A stretch of 64,000 bases of DNA, taken from the NCBI GenBank assembly GCA_951406725.2, contig OX597818.1:17670001-17734000 (forward strand), in the 5' to 3' direction. The notes beneath the pieces were generated by a model, which did no database searches, was not told where the DNA came from, and saw only the letters and a list, made by a program, of their open reading frames with translations. The stretch is from Octopus vulgaris (Eukaryota). This document shows positions 12,831 through 26,339 of the stretch, piece after piece; position 1 is the first letter of the stretch, and each line of letters opens with the position of its first letter. The translations under genes were made by a program, and so were the position numbers.

Positions 12831-15324
12831 TTATTGAAGTTGAAAATGCACTTGAAGTCTTTTAATCTATTTTATTTACCCTGCCGGTTTCACAACTTTG
12901 TGATACGCATGTATTTTACAAAGTAAATGAGGTTACATAAAGAACAGAGAGGAAACTTGCAACACTTAAACCGTCATACACAAGCTTTTAGTGAATCTAT
13001 TCTTTTGATAGGTTTTTTTAGGCGCATGATCATTCTTTGCTATGATTGCGTAAGTAGTAAATATATAAAAATAAATATAAATTTGAAGATGTAGTGAAAT
13101 CTTTCAATCCTATATATTCCCATTTTCTCACGTTGTCCTAACCAAATAATAATCATATTCTATTTAGACTCAGCTTGTATTTCATCATAAAAACACTTTT
13201 TATTCACCATACCTGTTCAGTAGTACATCAATTTAACGAAAAACAAAACCTTGATATTTTGTGAATTTATTAGCTACACATTAGTCCAAATGTTTACTAA
13301 TGAATATTTGCCGGGTACTTTTCTGGAATTTCGTATTTTTTAATGAACAGCAACTTTCCATTAAAGTCAATCCCGTTTATCCCGTGTAATTGTCATGACA
13401 TCGGTCACATCTAAGAATATAAATTAAATTTCTAATGCACAGGTGAAGCGATTATGTGAAGTATCCATACAGATATTTAAATTCATAATCAAAGTTACAC
13501 CTTCAATATATTGGTTTCAAATTTTGGTACTAAACCAGCAATTTCGGGGGAGAGGGAGAGTCGTATACATCAACTGGTACTTATTTTATCAACCCCAGAA
13601 GAATGATAGGCAAGGTCGACGAATTGCCGCTACACATTTTTCCCGGCGTGCTAACGGTTCTGCCAGCTAGCCACATTACACCTTTAATATACTAATATAG
13701 GTTCTTCAACTAGGCCACCAACACATATTGACTAATTTTCAGAGGGTAACTTGGTGCTTATTTGTAATTTAAGAATTTTGATTGAAATTTCCTTTTATTT
13801 TTTGTGTTTCGTGTGCCCTATTCCTTCTCGGCCTTTCATTAATAATTGTATGTTTTGATGAATGATGGCATATTCTTTGGTATTTCTTGTGTTGTCTTTT
13901 ATTCTACGGTTATTAATTTATGTTACTGGATGCAATCTTTCGAGTAATATTTTCTAATTCATAAGCTATAAAATACAAACAATTACACAGATTATGTTTG
14001 CCAATGAAACGGTATATTTTTGTGTAAAGTAAAAAGAACATAAATATTGCTTTGGATGTGGTGGTTTGAAGCAGATGTCGGTTTCAATTTCCGTGTCTCT
14101 TTTAATGAAATATACAAAAAGGTAATTGTTTTTTCTTAAATTGAATAAAATTGTTTTATTAATTAGAATTATGAAGTTATTGAGACTGTGTATGCACATG
14201 ATAAAAAAAGCCATCCAAGCGTCGTTTCCAGTTGACCACTATATGTACTTATGGAACTTACTGTTGTACCTTAATCTGTATTGTCTGTATACTTGACCAT
14301 GTAAATATGTGGGGACTAAACTAAATTATCTTACGTTGGGGAAAGATTTGTTCCCATCGAGGTCCCGGATATTTGAAAATGTTGTTACTGAAACTGACTT
14401 ATTTATTTTGTTGAATGAATTTTATTCCTTCAATTATGATTATTTTTTCTAACTGCTCATATAGTTGTTAGAGAATTTTTCAATCTAGAATTTGATGGCT
14501 TCTAATCCGTATTCATGTATAAACACTCAAAACACCAGATGAGACAATAAGTATCTTTGTTGACATATTTCAGGAGATGGTTTAGCATGTCTAATGTCAT
14601 CTCTTACGAAACACGCTATGCGTCTTAGAATAAGTTTCAAAAGAATACTCGCCAAACGGATCCACTGCACTTGCTCTTTATTTAACATCATTAGGATTTA
14701 GTATATTAACACACACCTAAATTGATTCTCTACATGCATCTTTTGTTGTTTTTCTCTTATGAGTGTTTTGGAGCGGGGTCACATAAAAATTACTGCTTCT
14801 TAATTATTTCTTTTAAAACTCATTTAGTAACCACGTTCTTTGCTCGTTCAACCTCTTCTGTATAAGAGAATGAAGATGATAAGTTTGCTATTTTTTATTA
14901 TTGATTATTGGGATCTTTTTGCTTTGACCAGCAGATTTTTAAAATAATTTCTTTGTAACTAAACACTTTTAAACTTCGTATACTGGTAGAATGTGTTTAT
15001 AAAACATCTTTTTCTCTTGGCTTTCTTGAGAAAATTCTGTAGTTTGAAAGCTATTAATTGTTTAATTTCTTGCATTTCGGCAATTTCAACCAATCAGTGA
15101 GTTGAATACAATTTCTCCGAATCTTTGTCAACAACAATTATTTGCGGTGTCATTTGTCACTGTTATTTATGAGAAAAAAGATACCCTTTGGCCATAAACT
15201 GAGGGGTCACTCGTAAACAGAGCTGGATAACAAAACCGTTCCCTCTTTAGTGTCCACCCATAATTATGACCCTAGTATCGATCTATTGCATTTGAATCTG
15301 TTTTAGGATTATATATATACATAT

Positions 15325-15500
15325 ATACGACGGGATTTTTTTCAGTTTCCGTCTACCAAATCCCAAATCCACTCACAAGGCTTTGGTAGACCCAAGGCTA
15401 TAGTAAAAGACACTTGCCCAAGGTGCTACGCAGTGGGACTGAACCCGGAACTATGTGGTTCGTAAGCAAGCTACTTACCACACAGCCAATGAGCGAGACA
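15325..15500 (-). mobile_element. SINE family B
   Basis: Matches 18253-18420 in reverse. Confidence 0.8.
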
Positions 15501-15502
15501 AG

Positions 15503-15534
<32 letters not shown>

Positions 15535-15706
15535 GCTCATTGAACTGAAACCCTATCGGACTATTTTCTTGTAGAGTTAAGCCCACAAATCGATCCCAGT
15601 ACTTATTTTACCGAACCGCTACGTCACAAGAAAGTAAATAAATCAATACCGTTTTTCAAGCAATGGGAGGCTAAGACACACAAAGACAAACATACACACA
15701 CACACA

Positions 15707-15834
15707 TTTTTATTAATATTTAGCAGAGGCAACAGAGTGACTCAAGGTTCGAGAGTTTAGTGCGTTGGCACTTATCAACGCACGAAACCCTCGGACCTTG
15801 AATCCCTTTTACTTCAGCTAAATATTAATAAAAA
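15707..15834. repeat. ~128-bp imperfect palindrome, probably an inverted Penelope pseudo-LTR junction
   Basis: ttttattaatatttagc/gctaaatattaataaaa outer arms, tcaaggttcgag..gtgcgttg/caacgcac..ctcggaccttga inner arms. Confidence 0.7.
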
Positions 15835-15899
15835 TATAAATATACTCATATTTTGAGTTCTATTTTTCCTGTTAGTGTCAGCATAAGTTTACACACACA

Positions 15900-16115
15900 T
15901 TATTATTATGGCTGCCCCCTCGTTATCGAGTATGGCCATTGCACGAAGCTTAACTGTTACTGGTGCTGTGATCGAATGTGACTTTTTAGCCCAGCTAAAG
16001 ATCTAGAATGTCTTGTACAAAATTGGCAACTAAAACCATTACTGGTAATAACCGGCTGTAGTTGTAACTGGGCTTCATGAACCTCCTGCCGAATTACACT
16101 TTCTTCCACATGCCC
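15900..16115 (-). mobile_element. RTE-clade LINE 3' end
   Basis: C-terminal zinc finger CQFCTRHSRSLAGLKSHIRSQH*, short 3' UTR and (TAA)n tail. Confidence 0.7.
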
Positions 16116-16477
16116 GACATACATACATACATACATGCATACATACATGCATACATACATACATACATACATACATACATACATACATACATACATACAT
16201 ACATACATGCATGCATACATACATACATACATACATACATACATACATACATACATACATACATACATACATACATACATACATGAGGCTGAAAACATCA
16301 TAAGACTTCGACGGCAGCTCCTTAAGCAACACTCTTTGTCTGATAACCTAGAATACATGCCCAAAGAAGTCGCACGACTCTACCGCAACATATCAGATGA
16401 AAGGATGAGCCTATGTGAGCAGAAGACTATGCATGGATATGTTAGTAGGAAGTTCCGTGACGATAGTAACATCGACC

Positions 16478-16508
<31 letters not shown>

Positions 16509-17627
16509 GTAATCTGAACCAGTAGATTGGCGCGCTTCCATGAACCGTTGCTAAAATGTCAAATACTACAAGCTGCAGATCAGCTGGCATCGGAAGACTG
16601 TTTCCCCACAACGCGGAATCACAAACAGAATTATTTGGTGCCGTCATATTGCGAATCAATCCACGTGACTTGCACTGAATAATAGAGGCCGATAATTCTC
16701 GGTCAGAAGCCATTTTCATATCACCTTACACTGTTCTTGAACAGAGTGAGCGTGTTAATAAATACTTTTAAATTTCATAACATGTATTGAGTTCTCTTTT
16801 TTCATTTGTACACCTACCTACCTACTTATATAAATATACAGAGAGAGACAGTGAGAGACAGAGAGACAGAGAGACAGAGAGTAGTCTATGTTAAAAGTAC
16901 AATCGCTGTTTCCCATGGTCACCAAATATATTTTGAAAGTCCAGTAGCAAATTTCCTGTTTGTTTTGACCAGCCAACTACCAAATTTTTCAATCCTTATA
17001 TCCTACCTTCGTAACTCCCAGAATCGTTTATTTTTATTTCTATTTTTATCTATCTTCCACCCCGCGTTCTTGCTTGTCCTCCCTCCCCATTTTCTCTCCG
17101 CCTTTCTAGTCTTCTCTCTCCCCCTCTCCCTCTCTCTCTCTCTCTCTCTCTCGCTTATTCTCTCTCCCCCATCCCAACCCGCTTTACTCATATGTCTGTT
17201 TTCCTGTTCATCTTCTGCTTTTCTGCTCTTAATCTTCAGCATGGCCTTTCCTCTTGCCAGTGAAATAACTCTTCGATCATCAACCATGAGTTACAGTACC
17301 AACGCTATAAACACTTAATTACAATTCTGCTTTCCTTTTTTGACAAAAATCTTTTATTTGCTTTACCGAAAAGCTTTGTGCGCAATACTTCCTCAGCAGC
17401 CATCTTTATCTTGTTCAACTTAAGTTCCAAACATCTGATGAGCATAAGTCTTTTGACCATACGCAGATCTTGAAGACATGTACGAATGTTCGTTTAGTAT
17501 GATCGTCATTAAATTATAAGATACATCCTCGTTATTTAAGTGCCTTTCTTTTACTATGAACCATAACCGACCTCTCTTTCACATATGTTCTAGAATTATG
17601 TATTTCTGTATATTGATGAAGCGTTAC

Positions 17628-17871
17628 TCAGCTAAAAACAAAGGTCTGTTTCATACTGTCGCTGTTATCAAGTAAATTCTGCAACTGATATTGCTCACGT
17701 CTGCTCAGTCGCGGAATCCAATAATCGTTTATTGATTCTTCGGCCTTTGGTAGTAATTGAAATCGAACCATATCTGCGAGAAATTTGACGAAGAACACTG
17801 CTTGTATTTTGAAATCCAGATATCTGAGAGATTCTATCATTCTCGTAATCCGTTTAAAGTTGTTTGGGTAT
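17628..17871 (-). CDS. OGFRL1: OGFR-like gene A, exon 6 (terminal; YPNNFKRITRMIESL...KQTFVFS*)
   Basis: Acceptor ttttaatttccag, phase 2, RITR motif, stop TGA at 17630-17628. All six exons join in frame: 831 nt, 276 aa. Confidence 0.92.
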
Positions 17872-18252
17872 CTGGAAATTAAAATAAACAACATTGTGAA
17901 ATTTTGTACAATATTGAGGAACTATCGTATATCGGTAGTACGAAATACGAACCAGAAAGATAAAACACTTTTACTGGATATTTAAAGATATCATGAGGTC
18001 TTTCAGGAACGATTCACGAAGACAAGTTAGTTGATGCTGTGAATATTTTCTTTAATCTATAAATCAAATTGGTATGAGTTTCTATTCTTTTTACCCGTCC
18101 CTTTTACATACACGTCAAAGGCAATTAGTTCTAACGATATTTTTACTGTCTTTGTATTTCGTGAAAACACTGACGGCCGAATACAAAGTAGAAATGTATA
18201 AGTTTTCATTGTCAGTATATGAACTATATATTACTTATATATTATATAATTG

Positions 18253-18585
18253 TAGGCGTAGGAGTGGCTGTGTGGTAAGTAGCTTGCTTACCAACCACAT
18301 GGTTCCTGGTTCAGTCCCACTGCATGACACCTTGGGCAAGCGTCTTCTACTATAGCCTCGGGCCGACCAAAGCCTTGTGAGTGGATTTGGTAGACGGAAA
18401 CTGAAAGAAGCCTGTCGTATGTGTGTGAGTGTGTGTTTGTGTGTCTGTGTTTGTCCCCCCAACATCGCTTGACAACCGATGCTGGTGTGTTTACGTCCCC
18501 GTAACTTAGCGGTTCGGCAAAAGAGACCGATAGAATAAGTACTAGGCTTACAAAGAATAAGTCCTGGGGTCGATTTGCTCGAGTT
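18253..18585 (+). mobile_element. tRNA-derived SINE family B (CORE-like), full length
   Basis: A/B-box head tggctgtgtggtaa..ggttcagtccc, then accttgggcaag core. Several copies in the window. Confidence 0.85.
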
Positions 18586-18709
18586 AAAGAGAAGGAGAAT
18601 TCATTATTTACTAAATCATAAAAAAGGAATAACGAGAAACGAAGTGGAATGTATTTTCTTCAATTATCTCCTTAAAATAGAGTTTGTTCCAAGTAATTTA
18701 CTATAATTT

Positions 18710-19400
18710 AGGTATTTGTCTTCTGCAGATGATATATAGTCAATTGTGTGAAGATAAGATGGCGATGAAGAAATGATAATGTTTTATGAAGGTACGCAGC
18801 GTGATTTTCAGTTGAGCAGTTACGGGCAGAGATGACAAGGAATTGGAATTGTCTGGTTTGTGAATTTGGGGTATGAAGTAGATGGTGGAGGTCCAGGATA
18901 TAGTTACAGTTAGGCTGGTGGCAGAGTACGGAAACGTGATGGAAAGATAAGTCCATGCACTGTGGCGGACACGTGTTTCTGGTAATGGCTGGTGAAATCG
19001 TTTAGTATGCTGTAGAACAAAGTTTTGTGGAGCTGGTAGGGTTCTCCTTGATTAGAGATCGGGTCGCCTGATTACGATGGAGCAGCCCTTTGCAGAGTTT
19101 CCGGAGGGCGTCACGTTCCAATTGAGAAGGTTTGATCTTCTTAGTCGCCTTCTGAAGTTGAAGACGGCCAAATCTAAACTGTTTTTATTCACAGATAAAT
19201 CGATCGAGTGGTGTAGGCTCAAACTTGGTATCCAGTTGAAGTTGTGCATTTTGGGGTTGGTGAAATCGTTCTTGATCGGAGGACTAAAGTTCTGTAATGA
19301 AAGAAAGCTTTATGCTCGGGCTGACAGAGGAAACTCTCAATATTAGCGCATACGTCGAATTCTCTAAGCATCTCTTGGAGACGCTTAGATAAAGTTTAAG
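18710..19400 (-). mobile_element. Penelope-like element, N-terminal RT remnant
   Basis: ERDALRKL...SIVIRRPD and VISARNCSTENHAAYL resemble the Penelope IVIKPADKG and RPIVSA..CPTE motifs. Confidence 0.55.
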
Positions 19401-20448
19401 CCCTATTAAGAAGAGCTCGTTCGGTGTCCAAGAGAGATGATTCTTTGAGAATAGTGAAAATCACAGAAGGTGCCGTAAGCACTGTGAAAGAAGTGCAATG
19501 CTGGCAAAAAAAAAAAGCAAATTTCGCAGATATTGGGGTTGATCAAAAGGTCAAATTCGAAAATATAGTAAATTAAGTTGCATGGAAGAGAACAATAGTG
19601 GGTTAGCTCTCATATCAAGTGGTCACGTTTTGTTTACTGTCGCACTTAAAAGATGGCGAATAAGTCGGAGACTGGCAAGAGACAAATACAGAGTGACTGA
19701 CAGAATGGCGTGTTTTTGCTTTGTTTTGCTTTGCTTTGTTTTTGCTTTTTTATTTGTTTTTTGTTTGTTTGTTTTTTTGTCACACTTGACCAGAGTAGTA
19801 AATAGGAAAATCGTAAAAGGATTTAAATGAAAGTGGGTTGGAATATTACATGTTAAAAGAAGTTGCTTGTTGTGTCAGTAGTATTTTCATAAATAGAACA
19901 TTCAACAGTTAAGTAATTTATGATTCAACCAGAATAGTATGAGTGACCTTCTTACTTGATGCCACTTGCTCGTCCAGAGATTGAATTTACGCCCAAACGA
20001 AGAAACGACACCACCAAATACTTAACGCTACACTCACAATTAGACTATATATATGTATTACGAAGTTTAAACCTAAATGTTTTTGGTTGTAGGTTAGGTT
20101 TAAAGCTCTTAATTTCTTCTAATTAATTGTCCTACTAAACAGTGGGATAGTACATGAAAAAGTTGATAAAGTGTTGCTGCACAGGATAGTATCCGAGAAT
20201 ATCTCTAACATGGACAACTGAATGAGAAGAATTTAACTCTGTTACCGAATAGGACAGGCACCTGAAGAATGTTGGAGAGTTTAACTACCGAAGGTTGTGA
20301 CTATGGAAATTAAGATGTGTCGGAGTATATCACAGCATAATAAATATGTATATAAAACGTTTATTTTTGAATTGGGACGCCAAGTTTTCCAAAAGTCTTG
20401 TTCAACAAGTAGTGGTGATTTAATTTTCCAAAGATCATTTTAGAGATA

Positions 20449-20893
20449 GACCAGTTACTGTAGTATTTGTCCTAAAATAACATCTCTTATGGACTTGCTG
20501 TGTTAAAAACCACAATAAATATCAGTGAGAGACGAAAATTTATTCCAGCATTGGCCTGGGAAAGCGCCAGATACATTTCGGCCTTTTGGGGCTTTTTTCA
20601 AAGGCGTGTGCTCACAGCCAGCCACATGCTTGAACGAGAATTCGTCGTCTCTGATATAGAAATAGGTGAATAAATCATTCACTGATGTTGCGAATAGCCT
20701 CCCGGATTTAATAATCTAGTATATGCAATTGATGAGGGATTAAATTAAAAGGCCCTAAAAGGCCGAAATGTATCTAGCGCCCTCGCTGGCTACTGCTGGG
20801 ACTAACGTCTGCATTTCTCTCTAATATTTATTGTTTTAAACACAACAAATCCAGAAGAGATGTTATTCCGAGACAAATACCGCAGTAACTGGC
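20449..20893. mobile_element. MITE with ~150-bp imperfect terminal inverted repeats
   Basis: ccagttactgtagtatttgtc...agatacatttcggcc pairs with ggccgaaatgtatct...gacaaataccgcagtaactgg; TA on both flanks. Confidence 0.75.
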
Positions 20894-21006
20894 CTATCGA
20901 TTATTTGTATACATTGAGTATGATAGCCAGATGACTATTTTGATTAAACATTGCTTCAGTTGCGTACACCTGATACAACCATTATTAAATACATATGCAC
21001 ACACAC

Positions 21007-21079
<73 letters not shown>

Positions 21080-21402
21080 GAAAGAGAGAGAGAGAGAGAG
21101 AAAGAGTGAGAGAGAGAGATATATGAAAGTGTGTATGTATTTATGTATGCATGTATGTATGCATGTATGCATGTATGCATGTATGTATGCATGTATGCAT
21201 GTGTGCAAGTAGACATGTATGCATGTATGTGTATGTGCGTGTGAGTGTACGTGTTGTTTCTGTAATACCAATTTATTTTCACCAGAAATACCAGTATTTT
21301 CTAACTCCTCTATAACCGGACAGCATGACACAAACTCGAGTCGGAAATAAGGGGCGAAGTTAATGGAAGGTTACTATATTCGAAATTAAATTTGTTCATT
21401 AC

Positions 21403-21545
21403 CTTTGAAGATTATCGAATCTTTCACGGAAGTTAGGATGATGACCAAAAGCATGCGGACCAACCATTTGTATGCCATAGAATGTCAACATCATTTTAAA
21501 AGCCCGCAAAACTCTTCTTCTGAGAATAGGTTCAGTGCTGATGAT
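21403..21545 (-). CDS. OGFRL1: OGFR-like gene A, exon 5 (IISTEPILRRRVLRAFKMMLTFYGIQMVGPHAFGHHPNFRERFDNLQR)
   Basis: Acceptor ttgtttcag, donor AG|GTAATG, 143 nt. RA..MML.FYGI and RF.NL motifs of OGFr_N. Confidence 0.92.
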
Positions 21546-21659
21546 CTGAAACAATGGAAGCAATTCACTGTTTAGGACAATATCGCGTCAGTATATTAAG
21601 GATGCTGGTTTGCAGAATCGTTTGTGCGCCGGACAAAAAAAAATCCTCGCAATATTTGT

Positions 21660-22290
21660 TCCGGTCAAGGCGACAAGCTGGCAAAATCGTTAGCATGCTG
21701 GGCAAAATGCTTCGCAATATTTCGTTTGTCTTTATGTCCTGGATTCAAATTCCGCCGAGGTCGACTTTGCCTTTCATCCTTTTGGGGTCGATAAAATAAG
21801 TACCAATCAAACACTAGCGTCGATATAATATCGACTTACCCACCCACCCCTCAAAATTGCTGGCCTTGTGCTAAAATCCGAAACCAATATTTGTTCCGGC
21901 TCTTTGCATTCTAAGTTCAAATCCCACCGTGGTCTTTCTAATTTTGGCACTAGGTCAGCAATTTTGAGGGATGGAAAAAGTCGAATACATCGAACCAGTC
22001 AGTACCCAACTGGTACAAATTTTATCGACCCCCGGAAAAGTAAAGTCGACTTCGGCGTAATTTCAACTGACAACGTAAGGCGCCGAAACAAATGCTGCTT
22101 AGCATTTTGTTCGGTGCGGTAACAAGTTCAAATTCCGCCGAGGTCGACTTTGCATTTCATCTTTTCGTGATCGATAAAATGAATAAATACCGGTTGAACG
22201 TTGGGGGGGTCGATGTAATCAACTAGCCCCCTCCTCATTCCCCCACAATTTCAAACCTTTTGCCTACAGTCGGAAAGATTATTGTGCTGC
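21660..22290. mobile_element. Cluster of SINE family A copies in alternating orientation
   Basis: + copy 21660-21890, - copy 21935-22120, + copy 22124-22280. Confidence 0.75.
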
Positions 22291-23262
22291 TTGTTTATGG
22301 CAGATGTGAACAGAAAATGAAATAATCAAACAGTCACAAGACCGGAAACCGGAAATTTCGGGAGCAGGGGCTAGTTTGCTAATTCAAACTTAGTACTTTA
22401 TTCTACGACCCTAAGAGTATGAAAGTCAATGTTTGATATCGGCAGAATACGGCAATACAGCAATGTATTTTATTCAATGTTCTAACGATTCCACTTATTC
22501 ACGCACAACCCGTTAATAACACTATGTAACAAAATTTTTTAATATTTATTTAAATATCTATTTAAATACTTATTTAAATTTTAAATATTATTTCCTATTT
22601 GCTTCTATCTAGATATCAAAGGAAATTACTATTATTCTTTTCAAACTTTGCTTTTGTGACCTGGACATCAGTGTTTTGAAACTGATCTATTTTCCATTAC
22701 ATTTCAGACAGATTCAGCGCTGAATGCTGAAACAGAAATATCGTTATAGCAAATATTCTGCTCAATGCCACAGATTTGCTTGTCAGTTGCTTGACATTAA
22801 CTACTTGAGCATGTCCCTTTGTGGCTGGCAATATGTGCATCCCTGGTTATGACTAGGAGCAGTGAGGGAGCATCATAGCCATGTTTTGATTGGAATTTTT
22901 TGAGGTTTGAATACATGTAACAAAAGTAAAATCTGAAGGAAATATTAGCCATTTTTCATGCTTTCTAGAGGTAAATAAATAGGAAATAACAGTTGCTACC
23001 CAAGGACCAAAATCATGTTACACTGTGTTATTATTTGTAACACAAGCACGGGTTAGTCGATTACATTGACCCCAGTACTTGACTAGTACTTTATTCCATT
23101 GACTCTAGAGGAATGAAAGACAATACTGACATTGGCAGGGTCAGAACTTAGAATGTAGAGAGCCAGAAAAAAATATGGCAAGGTATGTTGTTCCAAAACT
23201 TGAACCAATCTGTCAGCTCGCCACCTTAAATGCAAACATAAATTATTAAAACTCAGACTTAC

Positions 23263-23332
23263 GCCTCTCTCTTTTTCTGTTAATGGCTGAGCATAAATAT
23301 TCGTCTTGCTGCTTCTCGGGAGAGGAAACAAC
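23263..23332 (-). CDS. OGFRL1: OGFR-like gene A, exon 4 (W-LFPLPRSSKTNIYAQPLTEKERG)
   Basis: Acceptor tttgcactcaag, donor GGC|GTAAGT, 70 nt. Completes the YIQWLFP motif and the A.PLT motif of OGFr_N. Confidence 0.92.
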
Positions 23333-23999
23333 CTTGAGTGCAAACAAAATATTGTTGAAACATAATTGATTGGCGAGGGAGTAAAAAAGAAGTGGGGTGG
23401 GAATCCTCAACGTTTTCCTGGTGTAAAATTTTGTGGACTATGTCAGTGGTTTTCAAACGGTCCAAATCCAGCACTCGTACAAACCCCGACCACGCAGTAA
23501 ATTCCGGGGGAGGAGACAAGTCGGTTACATTGACCTCAGTATTCAACTTTATTAATGAGATGACGTAAGATTTTTCATCCATATAAGGTTTTTTTTCTTT
23601 CTTGGCTATGATGCTTGATAAGTTTAAAAAGTATAAAGCCATCTTGACTTCATTAAACATGGTAATTTTTCCACCTGCTTTTCAATCCTCACAGCTTCCT
23701 ATGAAAAACCCCAGAGACTGCACCAAGTTCACCTATTCATTATCCCTTTGTTAAAGCTTGTTTCCAGCATAGGACATGGACGTGTTGTATGTATTCAGTG
23801 AACATAAAGTTTGCGTCTATTACGTTAGCATCTGCATAGTGCCCGTTTGTCGTGTTAGCTGCATGAATACTTTGATAAAATCTACTGCAAACATCTACAT
23901 GTTATCTTTGCCACGTCATCTATACAGTGTATCTATTTAATCACTTGCTTAGTTAAGTTTTATTCAGTCATTATTTATACAAAGTTAACCATATACAGT

Positions 24000-24140
24000 G
24001 GTTGGCGTTAGGAAGGGCATCCAGCCGTAGAAACTCTGCCAGATCAGACTGGAGCCTGGAGCAGCCCCTGGCTTCCCAGACCCCTGTCGAACCGTCCAAC
24101 CCGTGCTAGCGCGGAAAACGGACGTTAAACGATGATGATG
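24000..24140 (+). mobile_element. SINE family C 3' part with (GAT)n tail
   Basis: ggcgttaggaagggcatccagccgtagaaac...gacgttaaacgatgatg; further copies at 26190, 57135, 61543 and 62545. Confidence 0.75.
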
Positions 24141-24222
24141 ATATATATATATATATATAGTTGCTATGCGAGTACATGTCCGTAATATATATATATATAC
24201 TTGCTATGCGAGTACATCTCCG

Positions 24223-24289
<67 letters not shown>

Positions 24290-24927
24290 AAATCTGCATA
24301 GATTGACTAATAAGCAAAATCTATGCATTATTTCTACTGGGTAGACATTTTTTCACTCTTTGTCCACCAAGTCACTATTTACACCGGAGGCAAAATAGTG
24401 AGCTTGCAAGGTATGTATGTCGAGTGAACATCTTACGTACTGTTTCTATCCAGACGATTTCAGCAACATTTTTCAATTCAATTCAATCAATATCTGTACC
24501 CTATATCAATCCAATTAATAGGTATGCACAGTTCTCCCCAGTTTTCATCTATACACCTGTTCACATTTAAACATTATGTTTCTCTATGTCTATCTCTGCT
24601 GTCAAGATCTACACAAAGTGCGAATCAAACCAACTTACAAATATTCTCTGCATAATCAACGTCTACACATTGTATCAACATTTATGTATACCATCCAATC
24701 AACATCTATGTACATTTGAATGTCCCCTGTATTTATATTAATACAGTGACTATCCAATATCTACACAAAATATGTTCATTGTGTCAATCAAATCAACCCC
24801 TACATACTATATTCCTCCAGTCAATAACTACACACGTTTACTATTCAGTAAACATCGACACTCTGTGTATCTATCTACCAATCCAATCAACATATACACA
24901 CTGCCTCTACCCAGTTATCATGTAGAC

Positions 24928-25269
24928 CAGGGGTTCTGGACCATTTTTCATCAATGGGTCCCTTTGATTACTATTTTATTCTGGTGGACCCCCATAGCCG
25001 TTCAATGTTTAAAGATTAGCCTTATAGAAACTTCTTTCAAAATTCCTATATTGTTTTTAAACATTAACTTGTGTAGGATAAACTATGTAAAATGTTAGAG
25101 AAAGAATCCTAGATGTTTCTTGCAATACATACCAATACATACATCTAAAGCATTTTTAAGGGCCCTTAAAATATTATTGGGGATCTCCGATTTACTATTT
25201 TGTTGCGTGGACCCCAAAAATCTTACAGGCACTTTCAGGGGCCATATGGACCCCGGTTGAGAACCACTG
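24928..25269. mobile_element. hAT-type MITE
   Basis: TIRs caggggttct/agaaccactg, 8-bp TSD atgtagac/atttagac. Second copy at 46001. Confidence 0.8.
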
Positions 25270-25392
25270 ATTTAGACAGACGACTACCTGACCAATACAT
25301 AAAACAATATCTAGCCCGTCAAAGTACAAAGATCATGTATATTTCTCAGGCAATAAAAAAATGATAAGGCAAAAATTTAATCAGGCACTTAC

Positions 25393-25471
25393 CATTGTAT
25401 GTACCCACTATGGTGCTGGAGTATTTCAAAATCCTCAGCCCAAGATTCCAAAATTACTTCTATATAGGCAC
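25393..25471 (-). CDS. OGFRL1: OGFR-like gene A, exon 3 (GAYIEVILESWAEDFEILQHHSGYIQW)
   Basis: Acceptor ttttttaag, donor TG|GTAAGT, 79 nt, phase 1 to 2. Matches OGFr IEDILQNW..Y..LE..HSYIQW. Confidence 0.92.
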
Positions 25472-26339
25472 CTTAAAAAAAGACATTGGAAGGTAGGTCA
25501 CGGTGAGTAATGTTTACTGCGTTATTTTTTTGACTTTGAGAAAAAATATTTTCAAGGGATAGGGATAGACAGCTGAGGTTATGCAATAGCTGCGCATTTA
25601 CAACATATTTGACACATGGAAAACCTTCAAATACTATTAAGCCATAATCATTCGTGACGCAATTATTCTTATACGAATATGTGTTTGCATGCATTATACA
25701 TACATACACACACACACACACATATATATATAATGCATTCACACACACAAACACACATATATATATATATACATATACACACACACACATACATATATGT
25801 ATACATGCATACATACAAGCATACTTACATACACACATATACACATACATTACATACATACATATATATATATATATACATACATACATTCATACATACA
25901 TACATAAATACATACATACATACATAAAAAATATACACATATAAATGAATACAGTGAAGTGTTCCCCTGATGATCCATTGCGGTCAGGCATCCAAATGCA
26001 CTTGGAACATGCAATAACTGCAATGGTGAAACGTACGTAGGTACTATTAATCTATGCTTGTGGTTATCTTAATTTTCCACAACATATACTTTTTATGTCA
26101 GAACTAGTAACAACGCTAAGTACAGTGTAAACTAACCACAGCATATATACCATCATCATCATCCTCATCATCATCGTCATCGTCATCATCATCATTATAT
26201 TTAACGTACGTTTTCCATGCTGGCATGGGTAGCTTTGACAGGAACTGGCAAGTTATATGACTGTAACAGGCTCTGATGTTTGTTTTGGCATTGCTCCTAC
26301 GGCTGGATGCCCTTCCTAGCGCCAATTCTTGTATATATC

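Noticed and set aside
16290-16480. Coding-like stretch ...EQKTMHGYVSRK
   Set aside because: Resembles the K.LHG region of RLE-type LINEs, is bounded by microsatellites and has no splice signals; not a host exon.
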